The position numbers and the translations under genes are program-made. From the NCBI GenBank assembly GCA_034520885.1, contig JAXHNE010000009.1, positions 130,431-194,430 of the forward strand: a DNA stretch of 64,000 nt, read 5' to 3'. Origin of the DNA: Candidatus Saccharimonadota bacterium (GTDB taxonomy: Bacteria; Patescibacteriota; Saccharimonadia; Saccharimonadales; JAXHNE01). This document shows positions 9,232-17,728 of this stretch, in pieces. The notes beneath the pieces are model-generated. The model was given only the letters and a program-made list of their open reading frames with translations, ran no database searches and was not told the origin of the DNA. Each line of letters begins with the position of its first letter. Within the stretch, counting starts at the first letter, position 1.

Positions 9232-9520
9232 TCCTCCGTCGCTCCGCTTTTTGCGGAGCTAGGGAGGATTTTTATATCAAGAGCTTGAATTGATAACGAG
9301 ACAACGGAACGCCATTTTTTGAGCGGCTTTTTGGTTTTTATGAAAGCTATGTTATATCCGGTTGAACCGAGTAGAAACAACCGATTACCTCCGATTTACA
9401 CCCTGGATATAACGAATTGAGTAATGCCAAGCATTGCCAAGTAAAACCTTTATGGCTATAATTATCAACGTTAGAAAACTAAACAGATTAGAAAACTAAA
9501 CAGAAAAGTAGGAAACAAAA

Positions 9521-9721
9521 ATGCTCGACTTTTCCAAGTTTCAAGAGCTGCTTGAACGGGACATGACGCGTAAGGAATTCTTGCAGTATTTGGGTATGGG
9601 CCTGCTGGGAATCGTTGGCGTTAGCAGTATCGCTAACAATTTGCAAAAATCTGGCTTTGTCCACCGACAGACGAGCGAGAAGCCGGCTGCAGGATACGGC
9701 ATGAGCGCGTACGGCAGATAG
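9521..9721 (+). CDS. Small protein consisting mainly of a Tat-type signal peptide
   Basis: 66 aa. TRKEFLQYLGMGLLGIVGVSSIA resembles a twin-arginine (RK variant) signal. tatA and tatC lie 0.8 kb downstream. Confidence 0.4.
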   Translation: MLDFSKFQELLERDMTRKEFLQYLGMGLLGIVGVSSIANNLQKSGFVHRQTSEKPAAGYGMSAYGR

Positions 9722-9735
9722 AGAATTCTGATAAC

Positions 9736-10425
9736 GTGCGATACTATAAGGTCATGAAAAAGTTAATTCGCATTGCATTGGCAGTTTCTATTGGGCTTCT
9801 GTTCGCATTGCCCCCGACGGTTTTAGCGCAGTACGGTGGAGGTGAATTCGGGTCTTGTGAGTACGGGCAAAATTGTCCTTCGGGCACCTCGGGAGACGGT
9901 GGCACTTCTGGCCCGGAGAAGGTTTCGGGATCTCCGCCAGTATCGGTTGAAGAGGGCGAGCAAGTGCCCGATAAAGACCCGGACGAATCGGTAGTGGTTT
10001 CGGAGGAAAACGTATCTGACGGCAGACGCTTTACCGCCCCGACATTTGGCGGAGCTTTATATGAAAGCATAGGGTCAACTTTGAATAGTATGCCAAGAGC
10101 GATCGCCTTGTTGTTGCCGTATTTTGTTTTGCTTGGCTTATTCGTGTACGTAGTTTTGGCTAAAATCTTGGGTCGGCAACAAAATGTGCGAGAGCAGAAT
10201 AGTGAATATGTCGTACAGACCGGTCCAGGTAAGTCCCTCGGCGCCGTGCTTATTCATCCCGGATTTTTGTTACCCTTCATTTTGACGCTACCAACACTCG
10301 TTTTTATTAACTTCGTGATGAGGGATTTTTACGTCATCGGTATAGACGTCATAGGAATCGTAGTGCAGCTTTTGCTGCTAATCGTCGCGTTCGTAATGCT
10401 TTTTAAAGCACTGGCCAGGTCTTAG
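9736..10425 (+). CDS. Secreted/membrane protein, hypothetical
   Basis: 229 aa. Signal-like N-terminus (alternative start MKKLIRIALAV at 9751), a Gly/Ser/Glu-rich region and three C-terminal TM helices. Confidence 0.5.
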   Translation: MRYYKVMKKLIRIALAVSIGLLFALPPTVLAQYGGGEFGSCEYGQNCPSGTSGDGGTSGPEKVSGSPPVSVEEGEQVPDKDPDESVVVSEENVSDGRRFTAPTFGGALYESIGSTLNSMPRAIALLLPYFVLLGLFVYVVLAKILGRQQNVREQNSEYVVQTGPGKSLGAVLIHPGFLLPFILTLPTLVFINFVMRDFYVIGIDVIGIVVQLLLLIVAFVMLFKALARS

Positions 10426-10520
10426 CGGTCGGGGCCCGTCGATTGACCGTTAAACTAAGACATTGTAATACTGCTAAAGCTCAAGTAAAATGTAGGCATT
10501 AACCTTGAAATGGAGGGTAT

Positions 10521-10712
10521 ATGTTCGGACTTGGACTACCAGAACTAATTATTATTCTAGTTATTTTGCTTTTGCTTTTCGGGGCAACAAGACTACCAAA
10601 GCTATCTCGAAGCATTGGCCAATCAGCTGGTGAGCTGCAAAAGGGTTTCAAAGACGGCGTCGACAATAAAGACGACGATAAAAAGCAAGACAAAAAAGAA
10701 AACCAGGAATAG
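10521..10712 (+). CDS. tatA: Twin-arginine translocase subunit TatA/E
   Basis: 63 aa. MFGLGLPELIIILVILLLLFGATRLPKLSRSIGQSAGELQKGFKDG is the canonical TatA helix and hinge. Confidence 0.88.
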   Translation: MFGLGLPELIIILVILLLLFGATRLPKLSRSIGQSAGELQKGFKDGVDNKDDDKKQDKKENQE

Positions 10713-10725
10713 AGGGGAGGGCGAA

Positions 10726-11775
10726 GTGAATAGTGCACACCCAAGCACTATTCGAAAACCATTCATAGAACACGTCTACGAATTTCGTCGACGGCTTTTG
10801 TGGTGTGCTCTGTTTTTCGCCATGGGTGGCGTTGTAGGCTACGCGCTGTATGACAGTTTGCTTTTGTTGATTCAGGAGCCGCTAGGGCAGACGCTGTATT
10901 TTACCTCTCCAACGGGCGGGTTTAACTTCGTGTTTAAAGTTTGTGCCGCATTCGGCTTTGTCGTAGCACTTCCAATGATCGTGTATCAGTTACTGAAATT
11001 CGTGGCGCCGGTGGCAAAGCGGGATTATCGACGAGCCGTATTTACCTACCTGGTATGGTCGGCGAATCTGGCCTATATCGGTGTGCTTTTTGGTTATTTG
11101 GTTAGTTTGCCGGCGGCACTACACTTCCTGACCCGATTTGGCGGCGAAAGCATCCAAGCGCTAATTACGGCGGACGAATACTTTAATTTTGCCTTGGCTT
11201 ATATCGTAGGGTTTGCTTTATTGTTTCAGTTGCCGCTTATTATTTTGTTCATCAATAAAATTAAACCCCTAAAACCCAGTGGCATGATGAAAGCCCAGCG
11301 CTGGGTGATTTTGGTTAGTTTTATTGTGGCGGCAATTTTGACTCCCACTCCGGACCCCATGAACCAGTTCATCATGGCCGTGCCCGTCATTTTGCTATAC
11401 CAAATTAGCATTTTAATGGTTTGGTTTTTGAATCGTAAAAAGTTCACGAAAGCGACCGGTAAGGCTACCGAAGAAAATGTTAAAAATACCCCTGAGCCGG
11501 TTGCAGAGTACCGGGCGCAAATACGGCAAACCGGTGATGTATACAGTATCCCCGTACGCGTGGCAGCCACGAGTATTATTGAAAAACCTCGATCCCCCGG
11601 TAGCGTCAGTAGCCGCACCAAGAAAAGTAACGTCAACGGTATCCTCGATAGTAAATTGCTGGCTAGAAGCCAACGAAATAAGCCCTTAAAGCAGCCGGTT
11701 TTTGGGACGTTCAATAGGCCGGTGGTTGCTGAACCGCAAGGTCGACTCGTGGATATTACGATGCCGTCGGAATAG
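10726..11775 (+). CDS. tatC: Twin-arginine translocase subunit TatC with a ~100-aa C-terminal extension
   Basis: TatC N-terminal block FIEHVYEFRRRLLWCALFF and six TM helices. I place the start at GTG 10726, preceded by GGGGAGGG. The track start at 10615 overlaps tatA in another frame. Confidence 0.8.
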   Translation: MNSAHPSTIRKPFIEHVYEFRRRLLWCALFFAMGGVVGYALYDSLLLLIQEPLGQTLYFTSPTGGFNFVFKVCAAFGFVVALPMIVYQLLKFVAPVAKRDYRRAVFTYLVWSANLAYIGVLFGYLVSLPAALHFLTRFGGESIQALITADEYFNFALAYIVGFALLFQLPLIILFINKIKPLKPSGMMKAQRWVILVSFIVAAILTPTPDPMNQFIMAVPVILLYQISILMVWFLNRKKFTKATGKATEENVKNTPEPVAEYRAQIRQTGDVYSIPVRVAATSIIEKPRSPGSVSSRTKKSNVNGILDSKLLARSQRNKPLKQPVFGTFNRPVVAEPQGRLVDITMPSE

Positions 11776-11829
11776 TTCCACGGTAATTAAGCGCAAGCAG
11801 TAATTTGCAATAATTGTTATACTGCGGGT

Positions 11830-12480
11830 ATGATTCTCGTTCTCGGCACCCTCGCATTCGTCTTTGCCGTGCTTCTTTTGAACGAATATCTCTGGAAGAA
11901 AAAAATCTTAAAAGGCGAAGGGTCGCGTAAGTTTATCCATATGCTGATTGGTACCTACGGTGCCGCCTGGCCGTTTTTTATGAGCTGGGAGCAAATTAAG
12001 TTCGTCGCTTTCTTGGCCGTGGGGTTCATTATTTTTATGCGTCTGAGCGGTATATTTCACAGCGTGTATTCGGTCCGGCGTAAAAGTTGGGGTGATTTGG
12101 TCGCGCCGGGCACTATTGGCATTTTGGCCATTTTGGAGCCGTCCAAGTTGGTGTTCGCCGCCGCGGTACTGCATATTGCGCTGGCTGACGGACTGGCCGC
12201 CGTTATCGGTACCCGTTACGGAAAAGGCAACACGTACCGTGTCTTGTGGAACAAAAAATCAGTAGTCGGAACGCTTACTTTCGTGATCATGTCGTTTAAT
12301 ATTTTGGTCTGGCTTTATGTGCGCGGGGAAGTGGGGTTTACGCCGATTACGTTACCGGCGTTATTGGTCATTCCGTTCGCTACGGCTTACATTGAAAATA
12401 TTTCACCGTGGGGGACGGACAATTTATTCGTTCCGTTGACCGTGGTGGCTCTCTTGGGTTCATTACAAGTCGTCATCTGA
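11830..12480 (+). CDS. CTP-dependent polyprenol/dolichol kinase family membrane protein (CdsA-related)
   Basis: 216 aa and polytopic. SRKFIHMLIGTYG and LADGLAAVIGTRYGK motifs match this family. Confidence 0.55.
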   Translation: MILVLGTLAFVFAVLLLNEYLWKKKILKGEGSRKFIHMLIGTYGAAWPFFMSWEQIKFVAFLAVGFIIFMRLSGIFHSVYSVRRKSWGDLVAPGTIGILAILEPSKLVFAAAVLHIALADGLAAVIGTRYGKGNTYRVLWNKKSVVGTLTFVIMSFNILVWLYVRGEVGFTPITLPALLVIPFATAYIENISPWGTDNLFVPLTVVALLGSLQVVI

Positions 12481-12493
12481 TATACTGAGTGTC

Positions 12494-13051
12494 ATGAGCA
12501 AAAAAATCGGGGTCGTTGCGAGCATAAAGCAACACTTTGAAGATTATTTGAGTGAGTTCGTCTACGGCGGTATCGACGGCGTGGTGACGACGTTCGCGGT
12601 GGTAGCCGGCGCTACCGGTGCGCGTTTTGACGTTACGGTTATTTTGGTGCTCGGATTCTCCAACTTAATTGCCGATGGGTTTTCCATGGGCGTGGGATCG
12701 TATCTTTCTACCAAATCGGAACGGGAACTCATGGAGAAACGCGGCGAATCCACCAAAGACGAGCCATCACCGGTTATTAATGGCGCCACGACGTACGTCT
12801 CGTTCGTATTTATCGGCTTGGTTCCCCTGTTAATTTACGCCATCGACGCGATTTTTGAGCTGAATATCCAGAATTTGTTCGCTTGGTCGGCCGGATTGAC
12901 GGTGCTGGCGTTCGGCTTCATCGGCTACCTAAAAAGTAAAGTTGCCAAAAGCCCGATCATTAAGGCTACGGCGGAAACGCTTATCTTGGGAATCATCGCC
13001 GCCGTCTTTGCCTACGTACTGGGTGATGTCATAGAACAATTGATTGCCTAG
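12494..13051 (+). CDS. VIT1/CCC1-family iron/manganese transporter
   Basis: 185 aa. The signature YLSEFVYGGIDGVVTTFAVVAGATGA is followed by TM helices. Confidence 0.75.
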   Translation: MSKKIGVVASIKQHFEDYLSEFVYGGIDGVVTTFAVVAGATGARFDVTVILVLGFSNLIADGFSMGVGSYLSTKSERELMEKRGESTKDEPSPVINGATTYVSFVFIGLVPLLIYAIDAIFELNIQNLFAWSAGLTVLAFGFIGYLKSKVAKSPIIKATAETLILGIIAAVFAYVLGDVIEQLIA

Positions 13052-13177
13052 ACTTTTCACGGAGTAAATTGCTATAATACTGGAGTTTTAGACTGCGGGT
13101 CCGGTAGTAAGCTTTTGCTCGTTTTATAAAATAAAGCACAATATTGTTTTGCAATAGTAGCAAAAGCCTACCACCGG

Positions 13178-13252
13178 GCGGGTGTCGTATAGTGGCTAAT
13201 ATATCTGGCTTCCAACCAGAAGACGCGAGTTCGATTCTCGCCACCCGCACCA
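13178..13252 (+). tRNA. tRNA-Gly (anticodon TCC), CCA encoded
   Basis: Acceptor GCGGGTG/CACCCGC, anticodon arm TCTGG-CTTCCAA-CCAGA, T arm GCGAG-TTCGATT-CTCGC, ACCA. Confidence 0.9.
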
Positions 13253-13307
13253 GAAAGCAGTCAAGCTAGCTTGAGTATTTTCTGTAAGGGAACGAGAATA
13301 CCTTAGT

Positions 13308-13326
13308 ATTCTCTCCGCCCGCACCA
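13308..13326 (+). repeat. Degenerate (17/19) copy of the tRNA-Gly 3' end
   Basis: ATTCTCTCCGCCCGCACCA compared with ATTCTCGCCACCCGCACCA at 13234-13252. It is preceded by an 8-bp hairpin, GAGAATAC-CTTA-GTATTCTC, and ends 8 nt from the HNH gene stop. Confidence 0.7.
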
Positions 13327-13333
13327 ATAATTA

Positions 13334-13663
13334 TTATTCAGTCAACCTTTTGTATGTTCTGATACGATGACAGTTAGCACAAACTAATTCACAGTTTGCA
13401 AGTTCTTTCTCGAGACCACTTTTATTATTGTTGTTTACGAATTGATTAATAAGACCTTCTTTATTTTGTAAATGGTCAAAATCCATCACGTAATAAGGAT
13501 ACGTGACCTTACAGTCCAAGCACGGCTTATCAGATTTCAGTCTTCTTACGTACTCTCTAAGTTTCTCCCTGTGATTATATTTATTCTGTAAATATGTTGT
13601 CTTGTATTTTAAGTAGTGCTCACGTTGATAGTCTCTTTGCTTGGATTTATCTTTATAGGGCAT
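13334..13663 (-). CDS. Free-standing HNH endonuclease
   Basis: 109 aa. CLDCKV...DFDHL...N...CANCHRIRT is the Cys-box/HNH motif. The gene is AT-rich relative to the backbone and sits between two tRNA genes. Confidence 0.75.
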   Translation of the reverse strand: MPYKDKSKQRDYQREHYLKYKTTYLQNKYNHREKLREYVRRLKSDKPCLDCKVTYPYYVMDFDHLQNKEGLINQFVNNNNKSGLEKELANCELVCANCHRIRTYKRLTE

Positions 13664-13727
13664 GGTAATATTATAACCAACCCTAAAGGTTTAAACCAAC
13701 TTAATATGCTACAATTACGTCTGTTAT

Positions 13728-13804
13728 GCCCCGGTAGCTCAGTTGGATAGAGCAAGACGGTTCTAACGTCAAGGTCGTGGGTTCGAATCCTACCCGGGGT
13801 ACCA
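13728..13804 (+). tRNA. tRNA-Arg (anticodon TCT), CCA encoded
   Basis: Acceptor GCCCCGG/CCGGGGT (G1-U72 wobble), D arm GCTC/GAGC, anticodon loop GTTCTAA, T arm GTGGG-TTCGAAT-CCTAC, ACCA. Confidence 0.85.
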
Positions 13805-13962
13805 TTTCTGAGTTTTCTGCATTGTCTTGTAAGTACTCCTGTAGAGCGGGGTTAATATGTTACGCCAGTGTATGAAAATATTGACAGATAATAGTATTTT
13901 TGCTAGTATTTTTAGTAAGACCTTCGGCCGTGGTTTCTAAGCCACACTGCGGAAGGCCTTTT

Positions 13963-14383
13963 TTATTTTGCGTTTTTAACTGGGAATACGGATATAAATT
14001 CTTTACGGTTAGTACGCTTGTTTTCTTTTATTTGTACACAAAAGCGTACCCCAGTTGCAGTTTGACCATAGAACCTATGAAGTAATATGTCTTTCTCTAG
14101 GTTGCTAAAAATAGTGCCGGGTGTTTCGGTAGTGTTGCGTACTGCATCAATAGCACATACATATAGCTTTAGGCGTCTGATACGTTCTTTTGGCGATTTT
14201 TGATTTAGGTGCTCCCAAATTGTTAATAAATATCTTATCTTTTGTAAAATACTTTGAGCGGACATAGGGTGCCCTGCGCGGTGACCGCTTTTGAATGGCG
14301 TGATATTTTGCCCGTGCTAATTTAGTTAGCTCTTTTAAATCAGTGCCAGGCAATTGCCCGTATTTTGATTTATATACGCCCAT
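13963..14383 (-). pseudogene. Frameshifted gene of unknown function (two overlapping frames)
   Basis: Track ORFs 14147-14383 and 13963-14265 overlap by 119 nt in different frames and read as one protein if joined near 14225 (..SKYFTKDKIFINN | WEHLNQKSPKERIRRLKLYVCAIDAV..). The region is AT-rich. Confidence 0.4.
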
Positions 14384-14603
14384 CGGTTTATTCTAGCATC
14401 GCGTTCTTATTGTAAACAAAGATCTCTTTTACTACGCACAACTCATTATAAATTTGTATAATAGCTTGGTAGTAATCTGTACGTAATACGTCAGGTAGCT
14501 GGTACCATTTTTTATAAGAGTGGCTTTTACTTCCGCGACTTTTCAATTTCATTAATATCGAACCAAAATTTTTTAAGTCGTTGCATCTGCTACAATTGCA
14601 AGT

Positions 14604-14981
14604 ATGATTTTATTGCTGAGCTTGCAATGGTGGTACGGTGGCGGCTTTGTTTGGATTTTCAAGAAGTCCGTTACTAGCAGGCTGGAAGCCTGGAAAACGT
14701 ATTTCTCCGTAGGTTCACTTATAAAAACGCTGTTCGCTCCATACAAGCAAACATTCGCGGGAAGCGGCGGAAGCGGTATTGGTGTCCAGTTCAGGGCATG
14801 GGTAGACCGATCGATCTCCAGATTCGTGGGCTTTCTTATAAGATCGGTTTTAATTTTTTCCTGGATAGCGTGCAGTATCGGGGTGCTGATTACCGGTTCA
14901 TTTTTGGTACTTATGTGGCCGTTAATACCGATATTTCCGGTAGCGAGTGTCGTGTTCTTTTTGTTAAGGGGGCTATTTTGA
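14604..14981 (+). CDS. Small polytopic membrane protein
   Basis: 125 aa with three or four hydrophobic helices. Its stop, TGA 14979-14981, overlaps the TTG start I propose for the next gene. Confidence 0.5.
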   Translation: MILLLSLQWWYGGGFVWIFKKSVTSRLEAWKTYFSVGSLIKTLFAPYKQTFAGSGGSGIGVQFRAWVDRSISRFVGFLIRSVLIFSWIACSIGVLITGSFLVLMWPLIPIFPVASVVFFLLRGLF

Positions 14982-17398
14982 GTCAAATAACGTGTCGAAC
15001 TGACAGCATTCGTGCCAAAAAAGCCCGCGTCGGCGCGTTGCTTGATAAAAAATCCGTACGGCTTCCGCTCGTGATTGCCTTTGGGGTTTTGGTTCTTTTA
15101 TGGATTTTGCACGCATTGGTTTATCCGCACTATATCGCCCACGTATGGGCCGCGGGGATCGTTGTGCCCGGCTTGCTGCTCGGTTGGTACTATGGCGAAT
15201 TAGTTGATTTGCCAACCAGTACCCGTGCGAATACCAACGACGTATCAAACAGGCTGGATCGTCACATTCTCGGACAGTTAAAAAACGACCATTCTTTGGA
15301 TGATCTTTTGCGGATTACATTCGGTTCAACGGGAGGCAGGTTTTTTATCAATAGATACCTACTGTTTCCCGAACATATTAAACCGCTATTGGAGGCTAGT
15401 TCCGTTTCGCTGGAAAATGTGTGGGCTTTAGCGGCTCAGCTGGCGGATGAAAGAAATGCCGAAGAAATATCCGACGCAATCGTGGCGGCCGCGTTGGTGT
15501 TAGCGATACCCGACCATAATGCATTCTTGGCTCACATAGAACTGGACGCTGATGATATACAAGACGGGATTAACTGGCATGCTCACTTAAGAGGAGCCAT
15601 AGAGCATCATTTGAGCAAAAGGGAAGTGGGCGGTATCGGGCGAGATCTCAGTTTTGGGTGGGCTCCTTTGCTAAATAAGGTGGGACATAATATCAGCGAC
15701 ACTTTGCAGCGAACCGGTTTTAGCCGACGAACTCCAAAGGCCCGCGACATGACCATTAGTCAAATTATGCACGTATTGGCCCGAGCCGGTAGTCGCAACG
15801 TTGCCATGATTGGTGACGTAGGAGTCGGAAAAACCACGCTCGTGCATGCTTTGGCGGATAAATTGCTAGAAAACCCAAAAACCGCCCCCGAGGCTCTTAG
15901 GTACCGGCAGGTCATAGAATTGGATGCCTCCCACATTATTTCCAATGCCCAGGGTCGAGGACAAACAGAGCGGTTAATGACCGCCATTTTTAACGAAGCG
16001 ATAAAAGTAAAAAACGTCATATTGTTTTTTGATAACGCGGAACTATTTTTCAAAGAAGGCACCGGTTCGGTTGATCTTTCGAGCGTGCTGTTGCCGGTGC
16101 TCCAGGGTGGCTCCCTGCAAGTAGTTTTTTCGCTGAATGACCAGCAGTGGCAAAGGATAAGCCAAGAATACCCCGAGTTATCCCAGCTTCTAAACAAGGT
16201 AATCGTTAAGTCGTTGAACAAGGAAGACACGCTTCGCGTCATGCAGGACGAAGTGCTACTGCTCGAAGCCAAATACGGAGTAACCTACACGTATCGGGCT
16301 TTGCGGGAGGCGTACAAATTATCCCAGCGGTATATTCGTGACCAAGCGTTTCCCGGCAAGGCGATAAAATTACTGGACTCAGCGACCGGCTTTACCGAGC
16401 AAAAGCATTTCGTGACCGCGCGATCCGTGTCGGCGGCCATAGAAAAAACGTACGACGTGAAAGTCCAGACCGCAAGTTCCGCCGAGGAAAAAGACAAACT
16501 GCTAAACATTGAACAAAAAATACACGAACGCATGGTTAATCAATCACGGGCGGTCAAGCTGGTAAGCGATTCGTTAAGGCGGGCCAGAACCGGAGTTCGC
16601 AGCCAAGAAAAACCAATAGGCACGTTTTTGTTTTTGGGTCCTACGGGCGTTGGAAAAACCGAACTTTCCAAATCGTTAGCGGCCGTTTATTTTGGCGGTG
16701 AAGACAGGCTGCTAAGAATTGACATGAATGAGTTCTCGCAACCGACCGATACGAGCCGTCTTTTAGCGAACGCGGCTTCTGACCCTCACGGCTTGGTCGC
16801 GCAAATCACCAAACAACCTTTCAGCGTGTTACTTATAGACGAAATAGAAAAAGCCCACCCAAACGTATTAAACATGCTTTTGCAAATGCTCGATGAAGGA
16901 GTTTTGAGGGACAACGACAATAAACCCGTTAGTTTTAAGGACGCGATCATAATCGCAACGAGTAACGCCGGCGCCGATAAAATCCGGGATCATATTGATG
17001 CCGGTAAATCTCTTACTGAGCTTGAAGAGCCGTTCGTGAACGAGCTAATAGACTCCAAATTATTTAAACCGGAGTTATTAAACCGCTTTGACGAGATAAT
17101 ACTATTTAGGCCCTTGACGCCCGAAGAACTGCTACAAGTAGTAGACTTACTGCTGGACGGCTTGAATAAACGCCTGGAAAGCCAAAAAGTGAGCGTTACG
17201 CTTACGGCCGAAGCCAAGCAGCTATTGGTAAATACCGGGTATGACCCTAGACTCGGAGCCCGACCACTACGAAGAACCGTACAACGAGCAGTCGAAAACC
17301 TGGTTTCTCAAAGAATGCTCGGCAGTGAAGTCGCGCCCGGGTCGGTTATGGAAATTGACGCCACTGAATTGTCGGGTGTGCTCGAAGATAGATCATAG
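14978..17398 (+). CDS. Membrane-anchored Clp/Hsp100-type double AAA+ ATPase (ClpB/ClpC-like, no M domain or IGF loop seen)
   Basis: D1 Walker A GDVGVGKTTLVHAL, with Walker B degenerated to ILFFDNAE. D2 Walker A GPTGVGKTELSKSL and Walker B LLIDEIEKAHP. Sensor-2 GARPLRR is present and two N-terminal TM helices are predicted. The track start at 14798 overlaps the upstream gene, so TTG 14978 is preferred. Confidence 0.8.
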   Translation: MSQITCRTDSIRAKKARVGALLDKKSVRLPLVIAFGVLVLLWILHALVYPHYIAHVWAAGIVVPGLLLGWYYGELVDLPTSTRANTNDVSNRLDRHILGQLKNDHSLDDLLRITFGSTGGRFFINRYLLFPEHIKPLLEASSVSLENVWALAAQLADERNAEEISDAIVAAALVLAIPDHNAFLAHIELDADDIQDGINWHAHLRGAIEHHLSKREVGGIGRDLSFGWAPLLNKVGHNISDTLQRTGFSRRTPKARDMTISQIMHVLARAGSRNVAMIGDVGVGKTTLVHALADKLLENPKTAPEALRYRQVIELDASHIISNAQGRGQTERLMTAIFNEAIKVKNVILFFDNAELFFKEGTGSVDLSSVLLPVLQGGSLQVVFSLNDQQWQRISQEYPELSQLLNKVIVKSLNKEDTLRVMQDEVLLLEAKYGVTYTYRALREAYKLSQRYIRDQAFPGKAIKLLDSATGFTEQKHFVTARSVSAAIEKTYDVKVQTASSAEEKDKLLNIEQKIHERMVNQSRAVKLVSDSLRRARTGVRSQEKPIGTFLFLGPTGVGKTELSKSLAAVYFGGEDRLLRIDMNEFSQPTDTSRLLANAASDPHGLVAQITKQPFSVLLIDEIEKAHPNVLNMLLQMLDEGVLRDNDNKPVSFKDAIIIATSNAGADKIRDHIDAGKSLTELEEPFVNELIDSKLFKPELLNRFDEIILFRPLTPEELLQVVDLLLDGLNKRLESQKVSVTLTAEAKQLLVNTGYDPRLGARPLRRTVQRAVENLVSQRMLGSEVAPGSVMEIDATELSGVLEDRS

Positions 17399-17532
17399 AC
17401 CAAGGTCGTACCGCCAGTTTTACCACAGGTACCTCAAAAGCAACAAAATAACTCACTTTCTAATCTCATCTGGTTGTGCCATAATTGCCACTATCTGGTA
17501 CATCACTACAGTGATGAGTCAAAAGGATTCGT

Positions 17533-17610
17533 GGTGCCTGTAGCTTAGTAGGTTAAAGCGTCGGGTTGTGGCTCCGAAGATCGAGGGTTCAAGTCCCTTC
17601 AGGCACCCCA
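17533..17610 (+). tRNA. tRNA-His (anticodon GTG) with encoded G-1, CCA encoded
   Basis: G-1 followed by acceptor GTGCCTG/CAGGCAC, anticodon arm TCGGG-TTGTGGC-TCCGA, T loop TTCAAGT, C73, CCA. Confidence 0.9.
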
Positions 17611-17728
17611 GAGCTAGAATATATTCCGAGTATATATTAGCGTGCGTCGCAACTATGGCCGTGACAGTTATCTTAACCTCGTCATTTGCCACAAGTTGTT
17701 ATTTAGTAGATTTCCAAGAAGTATCAAA

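Noticed and set aside
10615-10725. 5' extension of tatC (track start at 10615)
   Set aside because: It overlaps tatA in another frame for 98 nt. A GTG at 10726 with a strong GGGGAGGG Shine-Dalgarno sits just before the conserved TatC N-terminal block.
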